Shown here piece by piece: positions 1-7,307 of a DNA stretch of 12,692 nucleotides; the stretch's first letter is position 1; each line of letters opens with the position of its first letter. Under the pieces are notes generated by a model. That model was given only the letters and a program-made list of their open reading frames with translations, had not been told where the DNA came from and made no database searches. The translations under genes and the position numbers were made by a program. The stretch is from NCBI GenBank assembly GCA_964478905.1, contig CAYZJZ010000007.1, positions 1 to 12,692 on the forward strand, read 5' to 3'. The DNA comes from an uncultured Eubacteriales bacterium. GTDB taxonomy: Bacteria; Bacillota; Clostridia; TANB77; RGIG9151.

Positions 1-2
1 AA

Positions 3-3000
3 CCGGAAGAAGTTACGAACCCAAGTGAGGAAGGAAATAGCGAACCGGAAATAAAACCGACTCTTAGTGAAGAATATGAAAAGTTAGGAGAAATGACTGA
101 TGAAGAGTATATAAAGTTCTTCGAGGAAATGAGCGAAGAAGAATATATGAATTTCCTTAGCGAGTATGGGGAAATAAATACTCTTGTTAATGATCCAACA
201 TTAGAAAATTTTACTGTTAATATTTTGAGAGATGAAGTACCAATTACAACAGGGTATGCGAAATTAGGGGATACTTTAGTTTTAGAGTATACAGCGCAAA
301 ATTGTACTGATGCTCTGAATGTTATAATTGGAGATAAGACGTATGTAGTAAAAGATTTGACGGAAAGTACAGATGTTAAATTAAAAAGTTTAGGAGATAA
401 TAAATATAGTTTAAGTAAAGTTTTAGCTCAAGAGGACACTGCCGGTCCTATTAGTATTAAATTTACTGATGGGAATTTAAGTTGGAATGTTTCTACTAAC
501 ATAGTGTATGATACTACACTTCCTACATTATCTACTAGAGTTGAATATGGAAACTTAAATAGCAAGAAGGCAACAATTTATGGTACGCCTAGCGATAATA
601 ATGGAATTGCGGAGGTTACTATATGGATAAATGGTGAATGGCAGTCAATTAGTGGTGTTAAGGATAAAGAAGAGTTTTCGTATGTAGTAGAGGCTATAGC
701 TACATATAAAATTAAAGTTACTGATTTAGCCGGGAATTTTATTATTAAAGAAGATATTAATGTTGACAGCGGTAATACAGGTATGATTGTTAGGAAATTA
801 CCTACTAAGGTAGCGTATATAACTAATGAAGATATTTCTCTTAAGGGTGGATATTTAAAAATTACTAATACTTTTGGAGGAACTATACAAGACGAAAATG
901 CTGAACTGGTATGTTTTAGAGAGGGAGAATGTGCTTGTATCGATGAAAATGGCGTATGTACAAGCGAAGACTGCGTAGAATGTGAGTATGTAATACCTAT
1001 GAAGTCGGCGACAATATCAGGAGTGGAGGAAAAAAGTGTTTCAGGAGTAATAACTACCAAAGAGGTTAAATTGGCATATGATGTTTATAAAGTATCTTTT
1101 GAAATTACAGTAACGGATACTAATAAATATAATGTTACTATGACGCCTAATTCAGGAAGTATAACTGAAGATGAGTTGGAAATCGAAATAGATGTACAAA
1201 AGGCTATAGATAGTGCGGAAAATGTGAAAAAGATATATTATGCTTGGTCTACATTGCCGAATAATACTGGAAATGAAGTATATACTGCAACTTTTTCAGG
1301 AATCGTTAAAGATGAAAATACTATTACTGATGGAATATTTGAATATTCAAATATATTGGACGAAAATGGGAATAATGTGGATTCAGGAATACATTGGGAG
1401 TACGATTACGTAAATGGCATTTATAGATCTGGAGATATTAGTATAGGAAAAGTAGCAATAACCTCGAAAAAACGTATCATTATTAATAGTGGTGATAGCT
1501 CAGGAGTAATATCTTTTGATTATATGACTAATTCGCCTGCTAAAGATATGATGAAGATTTCTGTAAATGGTAAAGAAATTTTAAATCGTGATGGCAAACA
1601 TGATTGGCAAACATATTCGAAACAGTTTACTTGTGATTCAGATGGAAAATATGTAATAGATTTAAGCTTTGAAAGAAGTGGTATTACTTCCGGTTCTAGT
1701 AATAACTATGTAGGTATAAGAAATCTTACATTTACAGGTAAAAAACAATGGACGGAGTTAACAGGAAATACTGTTATATTATCAAGTGATAATGTTGTAG
1801 GTAGAGATAATTATTTATACATAAAAGTAGAAAATACGTCAGGAGAAAGTGTGACTAAATATTCTGGTAATTTTGAATATCAATCTGTTCTAAGGAAAAT
1901 ACTTATAGAGACAGTTCCAGATAATACAGTTTATTATGTTCAAAAGGATGAAACGGATGAAAGCAAGTATCGAATGAGTACATCTTCTATTGTAACCGGA
2001 GGAAAAATAACTTTGGTATATGATAAAGGAAGTTCGAAAATTCCGATGTCAGTTCAAGGGAATGAGGGAGAAGAAGTCCTTAATAGTAAGGTTGAAGTTT
2101 CGGCAAGACCGATAAAGGATTTAAGTGAAAATGTATTATCTAGCGAATGGTATCAGTATATAGATTTGAGATATCCTGGTGTTTGGGATGTAAGAGTTTC
2201 ATATGAGGAAAAAAGTTTTACATTCTATGATTATTATACTATAACGGTTAATTATAATGAGGAAGACGGTAAAACAGTAATTGGCCAAAGAGATGTAAAA
2301 GTTAATGAACCTGAATTGATTGACGGGATGGTGCCGGTAAAATGGGTAGAGGTTACTAGAGACGTAGTAGAATTAGTAGATACTATTATAGATGGGGAAT
2401 CTACTCAGCTTATGGACATAACTGAGGTAAAAGAAGGGTTTTGGATAACTACTACTAAATATGATACTGAGTGGTATGATTATGCAGTTAAATATAGTGA
2501 AAATTCTCTTGATACTGCAAATTCAAGATTATGGGCTAATATAATGCTAAAAGATGATATTGCTATAAGAGAGGTACCGGATCCTAAAGATAGTAGATGG
2601 GCACTTAACAATTTAGCTGGAAAAAGAATAGATGCTTATGGAAGTATGTTTGTTTGGATTCCTAGATTTTCATACACTATTGATACATTTGATTATCAAA
2701 GTTTTAACGTTGAATGGTCTAACGGAGATAATGATACATTGGCTAATTCTTTAGTAGCATTTTCATATGGTGGGAAGCAACTTACAGGTTTTTGGATGGG
2801 AAAGTATGAAGCGAGTGAAAATGATGGAATAATCGGAGTAAAACCATATCTTAATTCTGATTTCAAGGGGACTAAGGAAGTTGATGGTAAAAAAGTCTAT
2901 GATGGAATTACGGTAAATATAGCATATGAATATTCTAAAAATATGCTTGATGAAGATAAGAGTGAATATGGAGTGTCTGGAAAGGCTATAAGCCATTTAG

Positions 3001-6000
3001 TAACAATGTCAGAATGGGACGCAATTTCTATATTGACTATGAGTCAAGAGGCATATGCGGATCAACCTAAAAAGAACACTTTTAACAGTGGTGATTCATC
3101 GTATACAGGCTATAATAATGATAATGAAAAAGTTAATTTTAATAATAAGGCTAGTAGTAGTACTACTTCTAATATGAATGGTATATTTGATATGTACGGA
3201 GGTGCTAATGAATTAGTGGCAGTACATATTAACCAAACAGCAAGTAATTCAGATATAGAGTGTTTAGTACTGAATGGTGACGAAGCTGCAGAAACTATTG
3301 TTGAAGATATAGAGAAGATGGAGTCCTGGTTGCTATCTAAAGTTATTAGATATTTTTATGAAGAAGAATGGTATTCTGAAAATGCTGAACCTAGTAATGA
3401 AATATGGAATAATACTATTTTTGGCACAGCTGATTTTTATATGAATTCTGGTGCTGAGGCAATTATGCGTGGAGACTATTATATTAGTACAGAAGTTGAT
3501 GATGGAATACATTCTTTTTGGTTTGGTCCTTATTCATTTTATGCCGGAAAAACAATACCTATTGGATTTAGACCTAGCATTCTAGTAACTGAAAGAACAA
3601 GTTCAACTGCACCGAAGATTGATGTCAAAACTTTAACGGTTAAATCTTATAAGGATGGCGGATTGACAGATAAAAATAGTATATATGCAACTGTTGGAGA
3701 TTATGTTCAACTTACTTTACAACTTGATAAAGATGAAATGAATATTTCAGATATTCTGATTAATGGTAAATCGCCAACAAGTAGTATACCTGAACTTAGC
3801 TCTGAAAATTCTGCACAGAATTGGATTTTTACTTATAAAGTTGAAGATGGAGATAAAAATGGACCGATAGAAATTTCTTATAAATATAAAATTCATGGAG
3901 AAACCGAATGGAAAGATGGACCTAACGAAGTTAATAAAGTATATGTAGATACTACTCCTAGTAATGTAGATATCGGATTATCAGAGGATAAGAAAAAAAT
4001 TGAAATAACCGTTGAGCCGGAAGGAGAAGCAGATGCTGGTATAAAAGAGATTAAGTATATTAAAGTTGAAGAAGGCGAAACACCTCCGGATAAAGATGAT
4101 TTTGAAAATCTAGATGGTAAAGTTGACTTGACTGATGGCAAAGGTACGATTGATATAGATGGAACAGGTGATTACTATATTTATATTGAAGATGAAGCTG
4201 GTAATACTACGATAGAGAAAGTTACTATTTCTCCGGGTTCTGGTGATGGAGAGTTTGAAATTAATAATATTACTCCACAACTTGAAAGTATCACTGTATC
4301 GGCTTTAAGAGAGGGGAATTATGTTACTCCTGCTTATATTAATCGTCTTGAGACTGTAAAGGTGGATATGACTTTTGATTATGAACTTACAGTTGGTCCA
4401 GTTGTGTATATAGCTGGGGAGAGAGCTACTGTTACAAGTGATGAAACGGATAAGAAAATATGGACTGCTATATGTACTAATATTGGAAGTCAATATGCAT
4501 ATGAAGATATTCCAATTAGTATTAGTGATTATGAATATTATGGAAATAAGGGCGTACCTGCTAATGAGACTTTTGATGATGGAACTGCTGAAAATCCTGG
4601 AGTTAAAATTCCTTATGATGGTAGTTTGGTAAAAATTGATATAGGAAGTCCTACATTTTTTAGTAAGACTGACGAAGTATGGAATGAAGTTGATAAATGG
4701 GAGACAGGAAAGCCAATGGCTTTAGAATATACTCTTACATTTAGTGATCCTGTATATTCATATACTTGGGGAAATTATAGTATGACGAATACTATTAGGC
4801 CTAGTTTAAGTAATTTAGATGTTAATAGTATTGTGAGTGATTGGAATGGAAAAATTCAAGTTAATGATAATATGACAGTTGAAAGTATTACTGTTAGAGA
4901 CTTTGTTGATTCAAGTACTAATAGTATTGTTCCTGAGAAGAAGATTATTAGATTTGAAAATTTGAGTGGAGATGGTAGATTTGGTTTTACTATTTCAGGA
5001 GCTAAATACAGTGATGATTTAGCAACATTTACGGATTATGTTGCTAAAGATATGTATAATAATCCGAATGAATATTATTCAACTTCGGATAAAGGTGACT
5101 CGAATATGCCGATAATTGATACGACTCCACCGTCTTTAACTAATGTAACTATTTTTAGTAGTAATGCAAGTCCTAAGTATGCTCGTAATGGAGATACTAT
5201 TACTGTTGAATTTGGAGTATCTGAGGAATTGACTGGCACTCCGACAGTTACGATTTTTAATCAATCAACTACAGTTACATACGCAGATGGTAAATATGTT
5301 GCTACGTATTTGATTCCTGATGATGCTGAATACACGGAAGGTATAGTTCCGTTTAGTATTTTGAATTATGAAGATAGAAACGGAAATGCGGGAAATACTT
5401 TTACGCAGGATAATTTGAGTGCTTCGGAAAATGTTATATATGATATAACGGCTCCGGTAATATCAATAGATCCAAATGGCGGAGAGTTCTTGAACGTGAG
5501 TGTAAATGTTACGCTTACTGATTCACCTGCGGGTATTAAGGATTTGACTTTGAAGTATTATTGGAATACTGAGGCACAAATTCCTACGATAGAAGATAGC
5601 GAGTGGAGTTTAGCTCCGATTTCTGGTGGAAATGCTGTAGTTAAGAGTCCGGAAGGCTTGAATGAGCCTAGGTATTTAATTATAGCCGGAGTAAGTGATA
5701 ATGCTGGTAATGAGTCTGCATCATTTATAAGTAATGAGTTTATATTTACTAATTATTATGAGGTTTTTGTTACTACTTCGCCTGATACAGTTGTTGATGA
5801 TACTGATCCTGAGAATGTTATAACTACACCTGGTACGGTTACCGGTGGTGGAAAGTATAATCCGGGAGAAAGTGTTACTATAACTGCAACTCCGACTGAT
5901 GGTTATAGGTTTGATGGTTGGACTATTGTTGGAGTAGATGGATTTACTGATTTGACTTTGAATGAGCAATCGTTTACGATGCCTAAGAGTAATGTTTGGG

Positions 6001-6824
6001 CAACGGCTAAATTTGTAAAGCAGTGGACGGTTGTATTTAAGAGTTATGATGGAGAGGTATTGTCTACTCAAATTGTAGATAATGGCAGTTCGGCAGTTGC
6101 ACCTACTGCACCTTCTAGAAGTGGATATAGTTTTTCAGGTTGGGAGCCGACTCCAAGTGATGCAAATTATTTAAATGTAACTTGTGATATGGAATTGGTT
6201 GCGACTTATTCGAGAAGAACTTATACGATTACTGCATATGCTGGAAGTAATGGTACTATTACTCCTTCCGGAAATGTAAGTGTAAGTTATGGATCTAGTA
6301 AGAGGTTTAATATCTCGCCTAATAATGGATATAAGGTATTAGATGTGACGGTTGACGGAGTAAGTGTTGGAGCGGTTACTACGTATTTATTTGAAGATGT
6401 AACTTCAAACCATAGCATTTATGTTACATTTACAGAGGATACACAGTATGATTTAGAGGGCGAATGGTATTATGATAACATTGAGGTAGAGGAAGGCAAT
6501 ATTGAGTATGTATTTAGGAGTAGAGAAACTTTGGATGAGAATGAAGATGCGAGTGCTGTTTTGACTGTTGAGACTTCACATCGTGTAAATGTAAGTTTTG
6601 ATTATATCTTAAATGGAAGAGCTGATGCGATGTTTGGATTTACTATCAATGGAGAACCTTTTAGAATAATAGAAAGTTCGGATACTTGGACTGAATTTAA
6701 CGAGACATTTGAACCGGTAGATGGAAAAATTGTTATCGGATTAACTTACAGTAAAGGTGAAAATCCTACTGAGGAAGAGAATTTCTTAGATTTAGCGGCT
6801 ATTAAGAATTTAGTTGTTGAGTAA
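3..6824 (+). CDS. Giant multidomain extracellular repeat protein (adhesin-like), 5'-partial; the true start lies upstream of the window
   Basis: One uninterrupted frame runs from base 3 to TAA 6822-6824 (2273 codons). Codons 3-92 (PEEVTNPSEEGNSEPEIKPTLSEEYEKLGE) are stop-free and run straight into the acidic repeat that spans the ATG at 93. AGGAG at 86-90 sits only 2 nt from that ATG, and MTDEEYIKFF... is not a signal peptide. The protein has repeated Ig-like modules, Flg_new repeats and an Asn/Thr/Ser/Asp-rich, Cys-poor composition typical of Gram-positive surface proteins. Every overlapping antisense or alternate-frame ORF is short and low-complexity. Confidence 0.9.
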   Translation, partial: PEEVTNPSEEGNSEPEIKPTLSEEYEKLGEMTDEEYIKFFEEMSEEEYMNFLSEYGEINTLVNDPTLENFTVNILRDEVPITTGYAKLGDTLVLEYTAQNCTDALNVIIGDKTYVVKDLTESTDVKLKSLGDNKYSLSKVLAQEDTAGPISIKFTDGNLSWNVSTNIVYDTTLPTLSTRVEYGNLNSKKATIYGTPSDNNGIAEVTIWINGEWQSISGVKDKEEFSYVVEAIATYKIKVTDLAGNFIIKEDINVDSGNTGMIVRKLPTKVAYITNEDISLKGGYLKITNTFGGTIQDENAELVCFREGECACIDENGVCTSEDCVECEYVIPMKSATISGVEEKSVSGVITTKEVKLAYDVYKVSFEITVTDTNKYNVTMTPNSGSITEDELEIEIDVQKAIDSAENVKKIYYAWSTLPNNTGNEVYTATFSGIVKDENTITDGIFEYSNILDENGNNVDSGIHWEYDYVNGIYRSGDISIGKVAITSKKRIIINSGDSSGVISFDYMTNSPAKDMMKISVNGKEILNRDGKHDWQTYSKQFTCDSDGKYVIDLSFERSGITSGSSNNYVGIRNLTFTGKKQWTELTGNTVILSSDNVVGRDNYLYIKVENTSGESVTKYSGNFEYQSVLRKILIETVPDNTVYYVQKDETDESKYRMSTSSIVTGGKITLVYDKGSSKIPMSVQGNEGEEVLNSKVEVSARPIKDLSENVLSSEWYQYIDLRYPGVWDVRVSYEEKSFTFYDYYTITVNYNEEDGKTVIGQRDVKVNEPELIDGMVPVKWVEVTRDVVELVDTIIDGESTQLMDITEVKEGFWITTTKYDTEWYDYAVKYSENSLDTANSRLWANIMLKDDIAIREVPDPKDSRWALNNLAGKRIDAYGSMFVWIPRFSYTIDTFDYQSFNVEWSNGDNDTLANSLVAFSYGGKQLTGFWMGKYEASENDGIIGVKPYLNSDFKGTKEVDGKKVYDGITVNIAYEYSKNMLDEDKSEYGVSGKAISHLVTMSEWDAISILTMSQEAYADQPKKNTFNSGDSSYTGYNNDNEKVNFNNKASSSTTSNMNGIFDMYGGANELVAVHINQTASNSDIECLVLNGDEAAETIVEDIEKMESWLLSKVIRYFYEEEWYSENAEPSNEIWNNTIFGTADFYMNSGAEAIMRGDYYISTEVDDGIHSFWFGPYSFYAGKTIPIGFRPSILVTERTSSTAPKIDVKTLTVKSYKDGGLTDKNSIYATVGDYVQLTLQLDKDEMNISDILINGKSPTSSIPELSSENSAQNWIFTYKVEDGDKNGPIEISYKYKIHGETEWKDGPNEVNKVYVDTTPSNVDIGLSEDKKKIEITVEPEGEADAGIKEIKYIKVEEGETPPDKDDFENLDGKVDLTDGKGTIDIDGTGDYYIYIEDEAGNTTIEKVTISPGSGDGEFEINNITPQLESITVSALREGNYVTPAYINRLETVKVDMTFDYELTVGPVVYIAGERATVTSDETDKKIWTAICTNIGSQYAYEDIPISISDYEYYGNKGVPANETFDDGTAENPGVKIPYDGSLVKIDIGSPTFFSKTDEVWNEVDKWETGKPMALEYTLTFSDPVYSYTWGNYSMTNTIRPSLSNLDVNSIVSDWNGKIQVNDNMTVESITVRDFVDSSTNSIVPEKKIIRFENLSGDGRFGFTISGAKYSDDLATFTDYVAKDMYNNPNEYYSTSDKGDSNMPIIDTTPPSLTNVTIFSSNASPKYARNGDTITVEFGVSEELTGTPTVTIFNQSTTVTYADGKYVATYLIPDDAEYTEGIVPFSILNYEDRNGNAGNTFTQDNLSASENVIYDITAPVISIDPNGGEFLNVSVNVTLTDSPAGIKDLTLKYYWNTEAQIPTIEDSEWSLAPISGGNAVVKSPEGLNEPRYLIIAGVSDNAGNESASFISNEFIFTNYYEVFVTTSPDTVVDDTDPENVITTPGTVTGGGKYNPGESVTITATPTDGYRFDGWTIVGVDGFTDLTLNEQSFTMPKSNVWATAKFVKQWTVVFKSYDGEVLSTQIVDNGSSAVAPTAPSRSGYSFSGWEPTPSDANYLNVTCDMELVATYSRRTYTITAYAGSNGTITPSGNVSVSYGSSKRFNISPNNGYKVLDVTVDGVSVGAVTTYLFEDVTSNHSIYVTFTEDTQYDLEGEWYYDNIEVEEGNIEYVFRSRETLDENEDASAVLTVETSHRVNVSFDYILNGRADAMFGFTINGEPFRIIESSDTWTEFNETFEPVDGKIVIGLTYSKGENPTEEENFLDLAAIKNLVVE
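1272..1748 (+). other. Beta-sandwich (CBM/galactose-binding-like) module nested inside an Ig-like module of the giant CDS
   Basis: The host module aligns by eye with the module at 5458-5753 on both sides of the insert: DSAENVKKIYYAWST vs DSPAGIKDLTLKYYWNT, and WTELTGNTVIL...YLYIKVENTSGES vs WSLAPISGGNAVV...YLIIAGVSDNAGNES. The ~160 aa between these segments shares SFDY...NG...W...F...DGK-x-VI-x-L...I-x-NL with the C-terminal module at 6438-6821. Confidence 0.45.
2331..3587 (+). other. Protein module within the giant CDS: divergent FGE-sulfatase (SUMF1)/C-type-lectin-fold-like domain, probably non-catalytic
   Basis: Motifs occur in the same order as the FGE-sulfatase family landmarks: MFVWIPRFSY (2646-2675), FWMGKYEAS (2790-2816), HLVTMSEWDAISIL (2994-3035), GIFDMYGGANELVA (3180-3221), IMRGDYY (3462-3482) and IGFRP (3561-3575). 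The whole module has only one Cys. The call rests on motif order seen by eye, not on an HMM score. Confidence 0.5.
5754..6437 (+). other. Three tandem Listeria-Bacteroides repeat / InlB B-repeat-type (Flg_new, Flg_new_2-like) modules within the giant CDS
   Basis: Unit 1 is 5754-6023 (...GGGKYNPGESVTITATPTDGYRFDGWTIVG...ATAKFVKQ). Unit 2 is 6024-6218 (WTVVFKSYDGEVLSTQIVDNGSSAVAPTAPSRSGYSFSGWEP...ELVATYSRR). Unit 3 is 6219-6437 (TYTITAYAGSNGTITPSGNVSVSYGSSKRFNISPNNGYKVLDVTVDG...SIYVTFTE). Units 1 and 2 show the GY-x-F-x-GW signature. Unit 3 is a divergent variant (NNGYKVLDVTVDG) without the GW, and the terminal aromatic-rich strand is most evident in units 1 and 3. Confidence 0.75.
6438..6821 (+). 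other. C-terminal beta-sandwich module of the giant CDS, paralogous to the nested module at 1272-1748
   Basis: VSFDYILNGRADAMFGFTINGEPF...DTWTEFNETFEPVDGKIVIGLTYSKG...AAIKNLVVE parallels ISFDYMTNSPAKDMMKISVNGKEI...HDWQTYSKQFTCDSDGKYVIDLSFERSG...VGIRNLTFTG. The protein ends here with no LPXTG, hydrophobic tail, SLH or choline-binding repeat. Confidence 0.45.
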
Positions 6825-6831
6825 TTAATAC

Positions 6832-6859
6832 AAAAAGGTGGACTTGAGTCCACCTTTTT
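6832..6859. terminator. Bidirectional Rho-independent terminator shared by the convergent giant gene and bactofilin gene
   Basis: A perfect 12-bp stem, AAAAAGGTGGAC (6832-6843) pairing with GTCCACCTTTTT (6848-6859), encloses the loop TTGA. A T-run follows the GC core on the + strand (TTTTTATT) and on the - strand (TTTTTGTATT). The hairpin lies in the 33-nt gap between the two convergent stop codons and overlaps the bactofilin stop (6858-6860) by 2 nt. Confidence 0.85.
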
Positions 6860-7307
6860 ATTCTTGCTCTGTTGTTTCTAATTCGGAAATTATTTTTGCT
6901 TTTTTTTGAGACTTCGGCGGAGTTACGTCGAAGTTTTTATCCATTTTATTGTCTTTTTCTTTTAGTTTTTCCATTTCTTCCATTATACATTTACCGGCAA
7001 ATAAGCAACCTTCTTCGCTTGAGAATTGTTTTACATATGCGTCGCCATTTAATTTAGCAGAAGATGCTAGCTTTAATGTGTTGTTGCAATGGACGTCTCC
7101 GTCTACTGTTCCTTCCAGTATAAGATTTTTTGCGTTTACTTTCCCGAGTACAACTCCGGTTTCTCCGATTAATACGTCTCCGTCGACATCGATAGAGCCG
7201 TTTATTTTTCCGTATATTTTTAAACTGCCACTGGTTTTTAAGCCACTTTCTACGATGCAATTACCTGATATGATAGTTTCTTTTTTGTTTATTTTTTTAA
7301 AAAACAT
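6858..7307 (-). CDS. Bactofilin family polymer-forming cytoskeletal protein (DUF583)
   Basis: The 149-aa product has the typical bactofilin beta-helix repeats (GNCIVESGLKTSGSLKIYGKINGSIDVDGDVLIGETGVVLGKVNAKNLILEGTVDGDVHCNNTLKLASSAKLNGDAYVKQFSSEEGCLFAGKCIM). It also has a basic N-terminal MFFKKINKK peptide and a charged Lys/Glu-rich C-terminal tail. An RBS AAAGGA (complement of 7317-7322) lies 9 nt upstream of the ATG at 7307. Confidence 0.9.
   Translation of the reverse strand: MFFKKINKKETIISGNCIVESGLKTSGSLKIYGKINGSIDVDGDVLIGETGVVLGKVNAKNLILEGTVDGDVHCNNTLKLASSAKLNGDAYVKQFSSEEGCLFAGKCIMEEMEKLKEKDNKMDKNFDVTPPKSQKKAKIISELETTEQE

Noticed and set aside
93-95. ATG at 93 as the true start codon of the giant protein, as the ORF track implies
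   Set aside because: The frame is open back to base 3, and the Met lies inside an acidic repeat unit. The AGGAG at 86-90 is only 2 nt away, too close for a functional SD. The resulting N-terminus has no signal peptide, although the protein is clearly extracellular in type.
578-6071. Six short ORFs inside the giant CDS, five antisense and one alternate-frame (578-1060 -, 2763-2996 -, 3893-4141 -, 4305-4493 -, 4438-4632 +, 5721-6071 -)
   Set aside because: They are fully embedded in a much longer, motif-rich frame. Their translations are low-complexity Ser/Ile/Leu/Pro-rich strings typical of the complement of AT-rich coding DNA. I saw no RBS and no recognisable motifs.
3-6824. The giant protein as a polymorphic toxin, Rhs/YD, RTX, LXG/T7SS effector, or part of a defence or contact-dependent inhibition system
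   Set aside because: I saw no YD/Rhs, RTX nonapeptide or LXG/WXG motifs and no nuclease- or deaminase-like C-terminal tip. No small immunity-type ORF follows; a terminator and a convergent housekeeping gene do. The C-terminus looks like a binding module.
7281-7307. Homopolymer runs at the bactofilin 5' end (T6/A7 in ATGTTTTTTAAAAAAATAAAC on the - strand), and A7 at 3993-3999 in the giant gene, as phase-variation switches
   Set aside because: The tracts are short (7 nt or less) and are the expected way to encode Phe-Phe-Lys-Lys or Lys-Lys in an AT-rich genome. There is no evidence of length heterogeneity from a single sequence.
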